64,000 nucleotides of DNA from Chrysomallon squamiferum (Eukaryota > Animalia > Mollusca), in contig CM022673.1 of assembly GCA_012295275.1 (NCBI GenBank), positions 19,344,001 to 19,408,000 on the forward strand, read 5' to 3'. Shown here in pieces: positions 15,933-32,037 of the stretch. The notes below the pieces were generated by a model. It was given only the letters and a program-made list of their open reading frames with translations, made no database searches and had not been told where the DNA came from. A program made the position numbers and the translations under genes. How positions within the stretch are numbered: position 1 is the stretch's first letter; every line of letters starts with the position of its first letter.

Positions 15933-18900
15933 GAAATAGAAATAATAATACTAATACTACTACTACTAATACTACTACTAATAATAATAACAATAGTAAT
16001 AATAATTACAACAATAATAATAAAAAAAGAACAACAACAACAACAATACTCGTATAGTAGGAACAATAAAAAATACATTAGGTTACAGATGATTCTACAT
16101 TAGAAACAGACTCTAGCGAATTTTGATTAATAGTTGATTAGTAGTTTGCTGTGAACTTGTACCGATCGTTTTCACTGTCCCTCAAACATCATGGATTTTT
16201 GTTAATATTATTCCAGGTACGTCACCAACGACTGGAACAGGCCCAACATCAACTGTTTCTAGTGCAACCACTCCAGGTAACTCAACTATAATTGTTTCGC
16301 TTGGAAACAGTTTGATCTCTATCGATGCAGTTATATAAAGAAAGTCGAGGAGGGATTATCCATTTTTCAGTGAAACTTATTTTTTTGTTTGTTTCTTTCT
16401 TTCAGTAGTTCTAATTAATTAATAATTTAATTAATAATTATTATTTTTTGTTGTTGTTGAGATTTGAATCTTGAACAAGAACAGTATATTTTCATTATGT
16501 AATGTGTGGCAACGGAATTATCTTAGTTTCATAGTTGTTGTTAGTTTTTGATATCTCTTCGAAAGAGAATTTACGGTTCTGTCTACAAATGGTACCTTCG
16601 TTAAAAGCTATTTCTTTGTCCATTTACCAGGTCCGGTTACAAGCCCTACGATATCTGTCTCATCTGTCACAGGTAATGTCTTTCTAAAACAAGATTGAAG
16701 ATATAATAATTTAGAAACTATCTGGAATTCTTTTTTAATGTTTAAGTGGTTCTTTATCGGTGTTTTAAACAGCTTTAGTTACAACGATTAGTTGTTTTCA
16801 TTATTTCAAACTTCTATGAAACTTCAGATCCGATTAAGGTGATAACACCTTGTTATTGTTGCTTTTCTAGTTTGATAGGGTTTTCTACCTAAACCTTTGA
16901 TGGTTTTCGTCTTAGTTTTTTTTTTTCTGTGGTTTGACTTCTTTTTATGTTCATTTGTTTGTTTGTTTAATTGATGACGTTTCACTGAAACCCGCATTGT
17001 ATCTCTCAAACAGAATGTGAACTCACTGATATGATGGGCGAACCCGGTTCACCAAAACAACCTCTTAAGTACGATGCAGACACGAAAACGGCGGTGATAA
17101 CAGTCGATGGTCCAGTAGAAAAGGTTACGAAAATACCTGAAGATGCTAAAGTGTACGTCACGAAGGTAAGAATTTAGCGGATGGTTAACGGAAACCTAAC
17201 TCATTTACATTTAATGCATCGATTATTCTCGATGTTGAAAGGCAGTTGCTAATTTAAATGTTTGTTTAATGAATAGGATAAACCAACTCCAGGTCCTGAG
17301 CAGAAAGTGTTTTATCCTGCCGGTAATCCTCAAAGGACGGTACGACAATTACGGTAACAGTCAAGGATAAAACAGGTATTTATTAATCAGTTATTATAAC
17401 TATGAAAATAGAAAATCGCGATTGGTAGCAGTAAATATTAACAAGGAAAGTAGCGAATAAGTAAATAAATGAGGAAAATGTACTGATAATATAGAATAAA
17501 TAAGAGAAACTTAAAAATAAAATGGTGCAAAATCTACCATCAGTACAAACATACATTGTTCCTACTGTTACTTTCTGTTTTAAAACAGGTACTGAAAAGC
17601 AATCAACAGCAGAAGTGAAGACTGAGGGTAATATTGTTACACTGAAACTTCCCAAGGACGAAACATTTGTTAACATCCCACAGCAGCCTGATGTTCTTAA
17701 AGTAGAGGAAATAAAACCAACCGTAAGGACATGCGAAATTGATTTGTGATTTGTAGAGGTGTGGGGAATAAAAAGTAAAAGAAAACGAAATGAAACAATA
17801 AAAAAAAAAAAAGAAAAAAAAAAAAATATATAGAGTGTACAAAGAGGTATTCTTCTGAATCCACACGGCAGGGAAATAGCCGACGACTGTTACCTAATGT
17901 GATACTGATATTCATTCATTTGATCGTACTTAAAACACTAAAGTCTTTCTTATATTTTCGAGATGAATAACCTATATTATTAATGTTTAATGACACATGT
18001 TATTGTGCTTTGTTTTTTGTTTGGCCATGTCCAGAATGGAGAAATTACTCGAATGGCGAAGACATTGATAAAATTATAATTACTGGCATCCCCGAAAACA
18101 AGTCAAGAGATATCGACGTGTTGGTTTGTAAGAAAGGTAAGATAATAATGAATGATTGATGTAATTCATGTTTGATTTACCCACTTTCTGAAACGTAATT
18201 TCATGTATTGCTACTATTCCCCAACGACGAGGAAGAGATGATTTAACAAAACAAAGAAATATGGAAGATACAGTCAAATATATAAAGGTGGTTACGTTGA
18301 AAACGGCAATTGTACAGTTCAATCACAGGATCATAAAACTAATTTGTGCAAATATTGTGTTTCTTCTGACAACGAAGTGTATTTTGTGAATTTAGTTTCG
18401 AAAAGTAAAGTTAATTGTATAAATACGGGAACTGACTTTTGACCGGTTTCATTTCTATATTACAGTTCCAACAACAACACACGCCAGGAACAACAATTTC
18501 GCGTACTACAGGTAATCATTTCACATTAATTTGTATCGGTTACAAATCTTGAAGTCATTCGTTTAGCCGTCCGTGGTAGAGTACGGCAATGATTTGTTCA
18601 GGAGAAATATAGAACTAATTGTCGTTATAAACTTACATCTCTTCAAAATAATTGAAAAAGTGTGCAAGAAAAGTAACTGCAGTCGTTTTCTTAATATCAT
18701 TCCAGGTACGTCACCAACGACTGGAACAGGCCCGACATCAACTGTTTCTAGTGCAACCACTTCAGGTAACTCAACTATGATTGTTTCACTTGTAAACAAT
18801 TCGATCTCTATCGATTCATTTGCATAAAGAAAGTCGAGGACGGATTATGCATTTCGAGAGAAACAGAATAATTTATTTCTTTATTTATATATTACTAATT

Positions 18901-19134
18901 AAGTAATTAGGAAAACAAAGAAAACAGTAGTAGCAGCAGCAGTAGTAAAACGGACACATCTGATAGAAGAAGATCATGGTTCATTTAGAACGAGTATGAT
19001 TACGGCAAAGCCTTTCTGACTGAGATCGAAAAGTTTCAATAAAATAAATTGGAACGACAAAAGCTATAAAAAAGTTCCAAATACTACTACTGCTACTACT
19101 ACTAACAGTAATTATAATAGTAACAATAATGATG

Positions 19135-19191
<57 letters not shown>

Positions 19192-22104
19192 GAAATAGAA
19201 ATAATAATACTAATACTACTACTACTAATACTACTACTAATAATAATAACAATAGTAATAATAATTACAATAATAATAATAAAAGAACAACAACAACAAC
19301 AATACTCGTATAGTAGGAACAATAAAAAAATACATTAGGTTACAGATGATTCTACATTAGAAACAGACTCTAGCGAATTTTGATTAATAGTTGATTAGTA
19401 GTTTGCTGTGAACTTGTACCGATCGTTTTCACTGTCCCTCAAACATCATGGATTTTTGTTAATATTATTCCAGGTACGTCACCAACGACTGGAACAGGCC
19501 CAACATCAACTGTTTCTAGTGCAACCACTCCAGGTAACTCAACTATAATTGTTTCGCTTGGAAACAGTTTGATCTCTATCGATGCAGTTATATAAAGAAA
19601 GTCGAGGAGGGATTATCCATTTTTCAGTGAAACTTATCTTTTTGTTTGTTTCTTTCTTTCAGTAGTTCTAATTAATTAATAATTTAATTAATAATTATTA
19701 TTTTTTTTGTTGTTGTTGAGATTTGAATCTTGAACAAGAACAGTATATTTTCATTATGTAATGTGTGGCAACGGAATTATCTTAGTTTCATAGTTGTTGT
19801 TAGTTTTTGATATCTCTTCGAAAGAGAATTTACGGTTCTGTCTACAAATGGTACCTTCGTTAAAAGCTATTTCTTTGTCCATTTACCAGGTCCGGTTACA
19901 AGCCCTACGATATCTGTCTCATCTGTCACAGGTAATGTCTTTCTAAAACAAGATTGAAGATATAATAATTTAGAAACTATCTGGAATTCTTTTTAATGTT
20001 TAAGTGGTTCTTTATCGGTGTTTTTAAACAGCTTTAGTTACAACGATTAGTTGTTTTCATTATTTCAAACTTCTATGAAACTTCAGATCCGATTAAGGTG
20101 ATAACACCTTGTTATTGTTGCTTTTCTAGTTTGATAGGGTTTTCTACCTAAACCTTTGATGGTTTTCGTCTTAGTTTTTTTTCTGTGGTTTGACTTCTTT
20201 TTATGTTCATTTGTTTGTTTGTTTAATTGATGACGTTTCACTGAAACCCGCATTGTATCTCTCAAACAGAATGTGAACTCACTGATATGATGGGCGAACC
20301 CGGTTCACCAAAACAACCTCTTAAGTACGATGCAGACACGAAAACGGCGGTGATAACAGTCGATGGTCCAGTAGAAAAGGTTACGAAAATACCTGAAGAT
20401 GCTAAAGTGTACGTCACGAAGGTAAGAATTTAGCGGATGGTTAACGGAAACCTAACTCATTTACATTTAATGCATCGATTATTCTCGATGTTGAAAGGCA
20501 GTTGCTAATTTAAATGTTTGTTTAATGAATAGGATAAACCAACTCCAGGTCCTGAGCAGAAAGTGTTTTATCCTGCCGGTAATCCTCCAAAGGACGGTAC
20601 GACAATTACGGTAACAGTCAAGGATAAAACAGGTATTTATTAATCAGTTATTATAACTATGAAAATAGAAAATCGCGATTGGTAGCAGTAAATATTAACA
20701 AGGAAAGTAGCGAATAAGTAAATAAATGAGGAAAATGTACTGATAATATAGAATAAATAAGAGAAACTTAAAAATAAAATGGTGCAAAATCTACCATCAG
20801 TACAAACATACATTGTTCCTACTGTTACTTTCTGTTTAAAACAGGTACTGAAAAGCAATCAACAGCAGAAGTGAAGACTGAGGGTAATATTGTTACACTG
20901 AAACTTCCCAAGGACGAAACATTTGTTAACATCCCACAGCAGCCTGATGTTCTTAAAGTAGAGGAAATAAAACCAACCGTAAGGACATGCGAAATTGATT
21001 TGTGATTTGTAGAGGTGTGGGGAATAAAAAGTAAAAGAAAACGAAATGAAACAATAAAAAGAAAAAAGAAAAGAAAAAAATATATAGAGTGTACAAAGAG
21101 GTATTCTTCTGAATCCACACGGCAGGGAAATAGCCGACGACTGTTACCTAATGTGATACTGATATTCATTCATTTGATCGTACTTAAAACACTAAAGTCT
21201 TTCTTATATTTTCGAGATGAATAACCTATATTATTAATGTTTAATGACACATGTTATTGTGCTTTGTTTTTTGTTTGGCCATGTCCAGAATGGAGAAATT
21301 ACTCCGAATGGCGAAGACATTGATAAAATTATAATTACTGGCATCCCCGAAAACAAGTCAAGAGATATCGACGTGTTGGTTTGTAAGAAAGGTAAGATAA
21401 TAATGAATGATTGATGTAATTCATGTTTGATTTACCCACTTTCTGAAACGTAATTTCATGTATTGCTACTATTCCCCAACGACGAGGAAGAGATGATTTA
21501 ACAAAACAAAGAAATATGGAAGATACAGTCAAATATATAAAGGTGGTTACGTTGAAAACGGCAATTGTACAGTTCAATCACAGGATCATAAAACTAATTT
21601 GTGCAAATATTGTGTTTCTTCTGACAACGAAGTGTATTTTGTGAATTTAGTTTCGAAAAGTAAAGTTAATTGTATAAATACGGGAACTGACTTTTGACCG
21701 GTTTCATTTCTATATTACAGTTCCAACAACAACCACGCCAGGAACAACAATTTCGCGTACTACAGGTAATCATTTCACATTAATTTGTATCGGTTATAAA
21801 TCTTGAAGTCATTCGTTTAGCCGTCCGTGGTAGAGTACGGCAATGATTTGTTCAGGAGAAATATAGAACTAATTGTCGTTATAAACTTACATCTCTTCAA
21901 AATAATTGAAAAAGTGTGCAAGAAAAGTAACTGCAGTCGTTTTCTTAATATCATTCCAGGTACGTCACCAACGACTGGAACAGGCCCGACATCAACTGTT
22001 TCTAGTGCAACCACTCCAGGTAACTCAACTATAATTGTTTCGCTTGGAAACAGCTTGATCTCTATCGATGCAGTTATATGCACACATAAGTATGAAGGAT
22101 AATA

Positions 22105-22164
<60 letters not shown>

Positions 22165-23006
22165 GAATAATTGAAGTAGTGGTAGCAGATGTACTGATAA
22201 AATCGATACGTCCGGTTACTGGAGACTGTTTATACTTAATGAGAATGATAAGAGAAGTGCCATTGTGATTGAGACAGAAACATTTTAAACGCTTAGCGTG
22301 AAGATCATTCTACATTACAAATATATTCCGGAGAATTTCGATTAATAATTCATTTTAAGCTTTGTGTGAACTTGTAGCGATCTTTTTCACTATCCGTCAA
22401 ACATTACCGATTATAAATAATGTTACAGGTACCTCTCTTACTACGTCTCCGAGCACAGGAACAGGTTCAACATCAACTGTTTCTAGTCCTACAACATCAG
22501 GTAAGTAAATTGCTGTTCGGACAGAGGTAAAATTTTCATATTAGAAGAAGCAGAACATTGTAAAATGTTGTATTTAGCTATTCAGCATTCTACGAAGTAC
22601 AGTGAAATTAACAAGGAAGAAACTAAAATTGTACGACATCTGCGTACGGAACCCACCGCTTGATTTACACGTTTCCTTACTGAAGTTATCAAAATATTGT
22701 ACTTGCGAATTGTAGTCTTGCTTTCGTCCCTCTCGTCTAAAGTCTTGCAGGAAACAGAATTATTAAATTTTATCTTTGAAATTACTTCCAGGTACATCAC
22801 CAACGACAGGAACAGGCCCGACACCATCTGTTTCTAGCACAGCCACACCAGGTAACCTATTTATAAATATCTTCTTTCGAAGAGTAACGACATACAGACT
22901 GATGATCGATTTCTGTTAACTATGTATCGCAGCCGTCTTGAAACTAGCGTTTGTGTAGTTTTAGGCACACTTAAGTAGGAACGATAATAATAATAATAAT
23001 AATAAC

Positions 23007-23053
<47 letters not shown>

Positions 23054-23880
23054 CAACAACAAAAAAATTTAAGTAGTAGTAGCAGATGTACTGATAAAAT
23101 CGATACGTCCGGTGACTGGAGATTGTTTATACTTAATGAGAATGATTAGTGAAGCGCCCTTGTGATTGAGACAGAAACATTTTAAACGCTTAGCGTGATG
23201 ATCATTCTACATTACAAATATATTCCGGAGAATTTCGATTAATAATTGATTTTAAGGTTTGTGTGAACTTGTAGCGATCTTTTTCACTATCCGTCAAACA
23301 TTACCGATTATAAATAATGTTACAGGTACCTCTCTTACTACGTCTCCGAGCACAGGAACAGGTTCAACATCAACTGTTTCTAGTCCTACAACATCAGGTA
23401 ACTAAATTGCTGTTCGGACAGAGGTAAAATGTTCATATTAGAAGAACCAGAACATTGTAAAATGTTGTATTTACCTATTCAGCATTCTACGAAGTACAGT
23501 GAAATTAACAAGGAAGAAACTAAAATTGTACGACATCTGCGTACGGAACCCACCGCATGATTTACACGTTTCCTTACTGAAGTTATCAAAATATTGTACT
23601 TGCGAATTGTAGTCTTGCTTTCGTCCCTCTCGTCTAAAGTCTTGGAGGAAACAGAATTATTAAATTTTATCTTTGAAATTACTTCCAGGTACATCACCAA
23701 CGACAGGAACAGGCCCCACACCATCTGTTTCTAGCACAGCCACACCAGGTAACCTATTTATAAATATCTTCTTTCGAAGAGTAACGACATACAGACTGAT
23801 GATCGATTTCTGTTAACTATGTATGGCAGCCGTCTTGAAATTAGCGTTTGTGTAGTTTTAGGCACACTTAAGTAGGAAGG

Positions 23881-23965
<85 letters not shown>

Positions 23966-24789
23966 CAACAACAAAAATTTAAGTAGTAGTAGCAGATGTA
24001 CTGATAAAATCGATACGTCCGGTTACTGGAGATTGTTTATACTTAATGAGAATGATTAGCGAAGCGCCCTTGTGATTGAGACAGAAACATTTTAAACGCT
24101 TAGCGTGAAGATCATTCTACATTACAAATATATTCCGGAGAATTTCGATTAATAATTGATTTTAAGGTTTGTGTGAACTTGTAGCGATCTTTTTCACTAT
24201 CCGTCAAACATTACCGATTATAAATAATGTTACAGGTACCTCTCTTACTACGTCTCCGAGCACAGGAACAGGTTCAACATCAACTGTTTCTAGTCCTACA
24301 ACATCAGGTAACTAAATTACTGTTCGGACGGAGGTAAAATGTTCATATTAGAAGAACCAGAACATTGTAAAATGTTGTATTTAGTTATTCAGCATTCTAC
24401 GAAGTACAGTGAAATTAACAAGGAAGAAACTAAAATTGTACGACATCTGCGTACGGAACCCACCGCATGATTTACACGTTTCCTTACTGAAGTTATCAAA
24501 ATATTGTACTTGCGAATTGTAGTCTTGCTTTCGTCCCTCTCGTCTAAAGTCTTGGAGGAAACAGAATTATTAAATTTTATCTTTGAAATTACTTCCAGGT
24601 ACATCACCGACGACAGGAACAGGCCCCACACCATCTGTTTCTAGCACAGCCACACCAGGTAACCTATTTATAAATATCTTCTTTCGAAGAGTAACGACAT
24701 ACAGACTGATGATCGATTTCTGTTAACTATGTTAGCAGCCGTCTTGAAATTAGCGTTTGTGTAGTTTTAGGCACACTTAAGTAGGAATG

Positions 24790-24850
<61 letters not shown>

Positions 24851-25672
24851 CAACAAAAAATTTAAGTAGTAGTAGCAGATGTACTGATAAAATCGATACG
24901 TCCGGTTACTGGAGATTGTTTATACTTAATGAGAATGATTAGCGAAGCGCCCTTGTGATTGAGACAGAAACATTTTAAACGCTTAGCGTGAAGATCATTC
25001 TACATTACAAATATATTCCGGAGAATTTCGATTAATAATTGATTTTAAGCTTTGTGTGAACTTGTAGCGATCTTTTTCACTATCCGTCAAACATTACCGA
25101 TTATAAATAATGTTACAGGTACCTCTCTTACTACGTCTCCGAGCACAGGAACAGGTTCAACATCAACTGTTTCTAGTCCTACAACATCAGGTAACTAAAT
25201 TGCTGTTCGGACAGAGGTAAAATGTTCATATTAGAAGAACCAGAACATTGTAAAATGTTGTATTTAGTTATTCAGCATTCTATAAAGTACAGTGAAATTA
25301 ACAAGGAAGAAACTAAAATTGTACGACATCTGCGTACGGAACCCACCGCATGATTTACTCGTTTCCTTACTGAAGTTATCAAAATATTGTACTTGCGAAT
25401 TGTAGTCTTGCTTTCGTCCCTCTCGTCTAAAGTCTTGGAGGAAACAGAATTATTAAATTTTATCTTTGAAATTACTTCCAGGTACATCACCAACGACAGG
25501 AACAGGCCCCACACCATCTGTTTCTAGCACAGCCACACCAGGTAACCTATTTATAAATATCTTCTTTCGAAGAGTAACGACATACAGACTGATGATCGAT
25601 TTCTGTTAACTATGTTAGCAGCCGTCTTGAAATTAGCGTTTGTGTAGTTTTAGGCACACTTAAGTAGGAACG

Positions 25673-25739
<67 letters not shown>

Positions 25740-26577
25740 CAACAACAAAAATTGAAGTAGTAGTAGCAGATGTACTGATAAAATCGATACGTCCGGTTAC
25801 TGGAGATTGTTTATACTTAATGAGAATGATTAGCGAAGCGCCCTTGTGATTGAGACAGAAACATTTTAAACGCTTAGCGTGAAGATCATTCTACATTACA
25901 AATATATTCCGGAGAATTTCGATTAATAATTGATTTTAAGGTTTGTGTGAACTTGTAGCGATCTTTTTCACTATCCGTCAAACATTACCGATTATAAATA
26001 ATGTTACAGGTACCTCTCTTACTACGTCTCCGAGCACAGGAACAGGTTCAACATCAACTGTTTCTAGTCCTACAACATCAGGTAACTAAATTGCTGTTCG
26101 GACAGAGGTAAAATGTTCATATTAGAAGAACCAGAACATTGTAAAATGTTGTATTTAGCTATTCAGCATTCTACGAAGTACAGTGAAATTAACAAGGAAG
26201 AAACTAAAATTGTACGACATCTGCGTACGGAACCCACCGCATGATTTACTCGTTTACTTACTGAAGTTATCAAAATATTGTACTTGCGAATTGTAGTCTT
26301 GCTTTCGTCCCTCTCGTCTAAAGTCTTGGAGGAAACAGAATTATTAAATTTTATCTTTGAAATTACTTCCAGGTACATCACCAACGACAGGAACAGGCCC
26401 CACACCATCTGTTTCTAGCACAGCCACACCAGGTAACCTATTTATAAATATCTTCTTTCGAAGAGTAACGACATACAGACTGATGATCGATTTCTGTTAA
26501 CTATGTTAGCAGCCGTCTTGAAATTAGCGTTTGTCTAGTTTTAGGCACACTTAAGTAGGAAGGATAATAATAATAAC

Positions 26578-26654
<77 letters not shown>

Positions 26655-27474
26655 TAAAAAATTTAAAGTAGTAGTAGCAGATGTACTGATAAAATCGATA
26701 CGTCCGGTTACTGGAGATTGTTTATACTTAATGAGAATGATTAGCGAAGCGCCCTTGTGATTGAGACAGAAACATTTTAAACGCTTAGCGTGAAGATCAT
26801 TCTACATTACAAATATATTCCGGAGAATTTCGATTAATAATTGATTTTAAGGTTTGTGTGAACTTGTAGCGATCTTTTTCACTATCCGTCAAACATTACC
26901 GATTATAAATAATGTTACAGGTACCTCTCTTACTACGTCTCCGAGCACAGGAACAGGTTCAACATCAACTGTTTCTAGTCCTACAACATCAGGTAACTAA
27001 ATTGCTGTTCGGACAGAGGTAAAATGTTCATATTAGAAGAACCAGAACATTGTAAAATGTTGTATTTAGTTATTCAGCATTGTATAAAGTACAGTGAAAT
27101 TAACAAGGAAGAAACTAAAATTGTACGACATCTGCGTACGGAACCCACCGCATGATTTACACGTTTCCTTACTGAAGTTATCAAAATATTGTACTTGCGA
27201 ATTGTAGTCTTGCTTTCGTCCCTCTCGTCTAAAGTCTTGGAGGAAACAGAATTATTAAATTTTATCTTTGAAATTACTTCCAGGTACATCACCGACGACA
27301 GGAACAGGCCCCACACCATCTGTTTCTAGCACAGCCACACCAGGTAACCTATTTATAAATATCTTCTTTCGAAGAGTAACGACATACAGACTGATGATCG
27401 ATTTCTGTTAACTATGTTAGCAGCCGTCTTGAAATTAGCGTTTGTGTAGTTTTAGGCACACTTAAGTAGGAACG

Positions 27475-27547
<73 letters not shown>

Positions 27548-28372
27548 CAACAACAAAAAATTGAAGTAGTAGTAGCAGATGTACTGATAAAATCGATACG
27601 TCCGGTTACTGGAGATTGTTTATACTTAATGAGAATGATTAGCGAAGCGCCCTTGTGATTGAGACAGAAACATTTTAAACGCTTAGCGTGAAGATCATTC
27701 TACATTACAAATATATTCCGGAGAATTTCGATTAATAATTCATTTTAAGCTTTGTGTGAACTTGTAGCGATCTTTTTCACTATCCGTCAAACATTACCGA
27801 TTATAAATAATGTTACAGGTACCTCTCTTACTACGTCTCCGAGCACAGGAACAGGTTCAACATCAACTGTTTCTAGTCCTACAACATCAGGTAACTAAAT
27901 TGCTGTTCGGACAGAGGTAAAATGTTCATATTAGAAGAACCAGAACATTGTAAAATGTTGTATTTAGCTATTCAGCATTCTACGAAGTACAGTGAAATTA
28001 ACAAGGAAGAAACTAAAATTGTACGACATCTGCGTACGGAACCCACCGCATGATTTACTCGTTTCCTTACTGAAGTTATCAAAATATTGTACTTGCGAAT
28101 TGTAGTCTTGCTTTCGTCCCTCTCGTCTAAAGTCTTGGAGGAAACAGAATTATTAAATTTTATCTTTGAAATTACTTCCAGGTACATCACCAACGACAGG
28201 AACAGGCCCCACACCATCTGTTTCTAGCACAGCCACACCAGGTAACCTATTTATAAATATCTTCTTTCGAAGAGTAACGACATACAGACTGATGATCGAT
28301 TTCTGTTAACTATGTTAGCAGCCGTCTTGAAATTAGCGTTTGTGTAGTTTTAGGCACACTTAAGTAGGAACG

Positions 28373-28457
<85 letters not shown>

Positions 28458-29282
28458 CAACAAAAAAAAATTTAAGTAGTAGTAGCAGATGTACTGATAA
28501 AATCGATACGTCCGGTTACTGGAGATTGTTTATACTTAATGAGAATGATTAGCGAAGCGCCCTTGTGATTGAGACAGAAACATTTTAAACGCTTAGCGTG
28601 AAGATCATTCTACATTACAAATATATTCCGGAGAATTTCGATTAATAATTCATTTTAAGGTTTGTGTGAACTTGTAGCGATCTTTTTCACTATCCGTCAA
28701 ACATTACCGATTATAAATAATGTTACAGGTACCTCTCTTACTACGTCTCCGAGCACAGGAACAGGTTCAACATCAACTGTTTCTAGTCCTACAACATCAG
28801 GTAACTAAATTGCTGTTCGGACAGAGGTAAAATGTTCATATTAGAAGAACCAGAACATTGTAAAATGTTGTATTTAGCTATTCAGCATTCTACGAAGTAC
28901 AGTGAAATTAACAAGGAAGAAACTAAAATTGTACGACATCTGCGTACGGAACCCACCGCATGATTTACTCGTTTCCTTACTGAAGTTATCAAAATATTGT
29001 ACTTGCGAATTGTAGTCTTGCTTTCGTCCCTCTCGTCTAAAGTCTTGGAGGAAACAGAATTATTAAATTTTATCTTTGAAATTACTTCCAGGTACATCAC
29101 CAACGACAGGAACAGGCCCCACACCATCTGTTTCTAGCACAGCCACACCAGGTAACCTATTTATAAATATCTTCTTTCGAAGAGTAACGACATACAGACT
29201 GATGATCGATTTCTGTTAACTATGTTAGCAGCCGTCTTGAAATTAGCGTTTGTGTAGTTTTAGGCACACTTAAGTAGGAACG

Positions 29283-29349
<67 letters not shown>

Positions 29350-30175
29350 CAACAACAACAAAAATTGAAGTAGTAGTAGCAGATGTACTGATAAAATCGA
29401 TACGTCCGGTTACTGGAGATTGTTTATACTTAATGAGAATGATTAGCGAAGCGCCCTTGTGATTGAGACAGAAACATTTTAAACGCTTAGCGTGAAGATC
29501 ATTCTACATTACAAATATATTCCGGAGAATTTCGATTAATAATTCATTTTAGGTTTGTGTGAACTTGTAGCGATCTTTTTCACTATCCGTCAAACATTAC
29601 CGATTATAAATAATGTTACAGGTACCTCTCTTACTACGTCTCCGAGCACAGGAACAGGTTCAACATCAACTGTTTCTAGTCCTACAACATCAGGTAACTA
29701 AATTGCTGTTCGGACAGAGGTAAAATGTTCATATTAGAAGAACCAGAACATTGTAAAATGTTGTATTTAGCTATTCAGCATTCTACGAAGTACAGTGAAA
29801 TTAACAAGGAAGAAACTAAAATTGTACGACATCTGCGTACGGAACCCACCGCATGATTTACTCGTTTCCTTACTGAAGTTATCAAAATATTGTACTTGCG
29901 AATTGTAGTCTTGCTTTCGTCCCTCTCGTCTAAAGTCTTGGAGGAAACAGAATTATTAAATTTTATCTTTGAAATTACTTCCAGGTACATCACCAACGAC
30001 AGGAACAGGCCCCACACCATCTGTTTCTAGCACAGCCACACCAGGTAACCTATTTATAAATATCTTCTTTCGAAGAGTAACGACATACAGACTGATGATC
30101 GATTTCTGTTAACTATGTTAGCAGCCGTCTTGAAATTAGCGTTTGTGTAGTTTTAGGCACACTTAAGTAGGAACG

Positions 30176-30239
<64 letters not shown>

Positions 30240-31063
30240 CAACAACAAAAATTTAAGTAGTAGTAGCAGATGTACTGATAAAATCGATACGTCCGGTTAC
30301 TGGAGATTGTTTATACTTAATGAGAATGATTAGCGAAGCGCCCTTGTGATTGAGACAGAAACATTTTAAACGCTTAGCGTGAAGATCATTCTACATTACA
30401 AATATATTCCGGAGAATTTCGATTAATAATTCATTTTAAGGTTTGTGTGAACTTGTAGCGATCTTTTTCACTATCCGTCAAACATTACCGATTATAAATA
30501 ATGTTACAGGTACCTCTCTTACTACGTCTCCGAGCACAGGAACAGGTTCAACATCAACTGTTTCTAGTCCTACAACATCAGGTAACTAAATTGCTGTTCG
30601 GACAGAGGTAAAATGTTCATATTAGAAGAACCAGAACATTGTAAAATGTTGTATTTAGCTATTCAGCATTCTACGAAGTACAGTGAAATTAACAAGGAAG
30701 AAACTAAAATTGTACGACATCTGCGTACGGAACCCACCGCATGATTTACTCGTTTCCTTACTGAAGTTATCAAAATATTGTACTTGCGAATTGTAGTCTT
30801 GCTTTCGTCCCTCTCGTCTAAAGTCTTGGAGGAAACAGAATTATTAAATTTTATCTTTGAAATTACTTCCAGGTACATCACCAACGACAGGAACAGGCCC
30901 CACACCATCTGTTTCTAGCACAGCCACACCAGGTAACCTATTTATAAATATCTTCTTTCGAAGAGTAACGACATACAGACTGATGATCGATTTCTGTTAA
31001 CTATGTTAGCAGCCGTCTTGAAATTAGCGTTTGTGTAGTTTTAGGCACACTTAAGTAGGAACG

Positions 31064-31130
<67 letters not shown>

Positions 31131-31961
31131 CAACAACAACAAAATTTAAGTAGTAGTAGCAGATGTACTGATAAAATCGATACGTCCGGTTACTGGAGAT
31201 TGTTTATACTTAATGAGAATGATTAGCGAAGCGCCCTTGTGATTGAGACAGAAACATTTTAAACGCTTAGCGTGAAGATCATTCTACATTACAAATATAT
31301 TCCGGAGAATTTCGATTAATAATTCATTTTAAGGTTTGTGTGAACTTGTAGCGATCTTTTTCACTATCCGTCAAACATTACCGATTATAAATAATGTTAC
31401 AGGTACCTCTCTTACTACGTCTCCGAGCACAGGAACAGGTTCAACATCAACTGTTTCTAGTCCTACAACATCAGGTAACTAAATTGCTGTTCGGACAGAG
31501 GTAAAATGTTCATATTAGAAGAACCAGAACATTGTAAAATGTTGTATTTAGCTATTCAGCATTCTACGAAGTACAGTGAAATTAACAAGGAAGAAACTAA
31601 AATTGTACGACATCTGCGTACGGAACCCACCGCATGATTTACTCGTTTCCTTACTGAAGTTATCAAAATATTGTACTTGCGAATTGTAGTCTTGCTTTCG
31701 TCCCTCTCGTCTAAAGTCTTGGAGGAAACAGAATTATTAAATTTTATCTTTGAAATTACTTCCAGGTACATCACCAACGACAGGAACAGGCCCCACACCA
31801 TCTGTTTCTAGCACAGCCACACCAGGTAACCTATTTATAAATATCTTCTTTCGAAGAGTAACGACATACAGACTGATGATCGATTTCTGTTAACTATGTT
31901 AGCAGCCGTCTTGAAATTAGCGTTTGTGTAGTTTTAGGCACACTTAAGTAGGAACGATAAG

Positions 31962-32037
<76 letters not shown>

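Larger units (their letters stand above)
1..22079 (+). repeat. Tandem array A: ~3.27 kb unit, 7 copies in window, continuing off the left edge
   Basis: The 42-nt exon recurs at 288, 3550, 6810, 10089, 13357, 16631 and 19890 (periods 3259-3279). Copies are near-identical except for homopolymer and AAT-tract lengths. Each unit has exons of 42+152+100+134+103+45+60+60 = 696 nt (232 aa). Confidence 0.97.

Noticed and set aside
2629-19338. Poly-Ile, poly-Asn and poly-Leu ORFs on both strands
   Set aside because: Translations of intronic (AAT)n/(ACT)n microsatellites; frames differ between copies.
1036-21577. Recurrent Phe-rich minus-strand ORFs in array A (72-114 aa)
   Set aside because: Antisense to real exons and A-rich introns; they shift frame between copies with homopolymer length.
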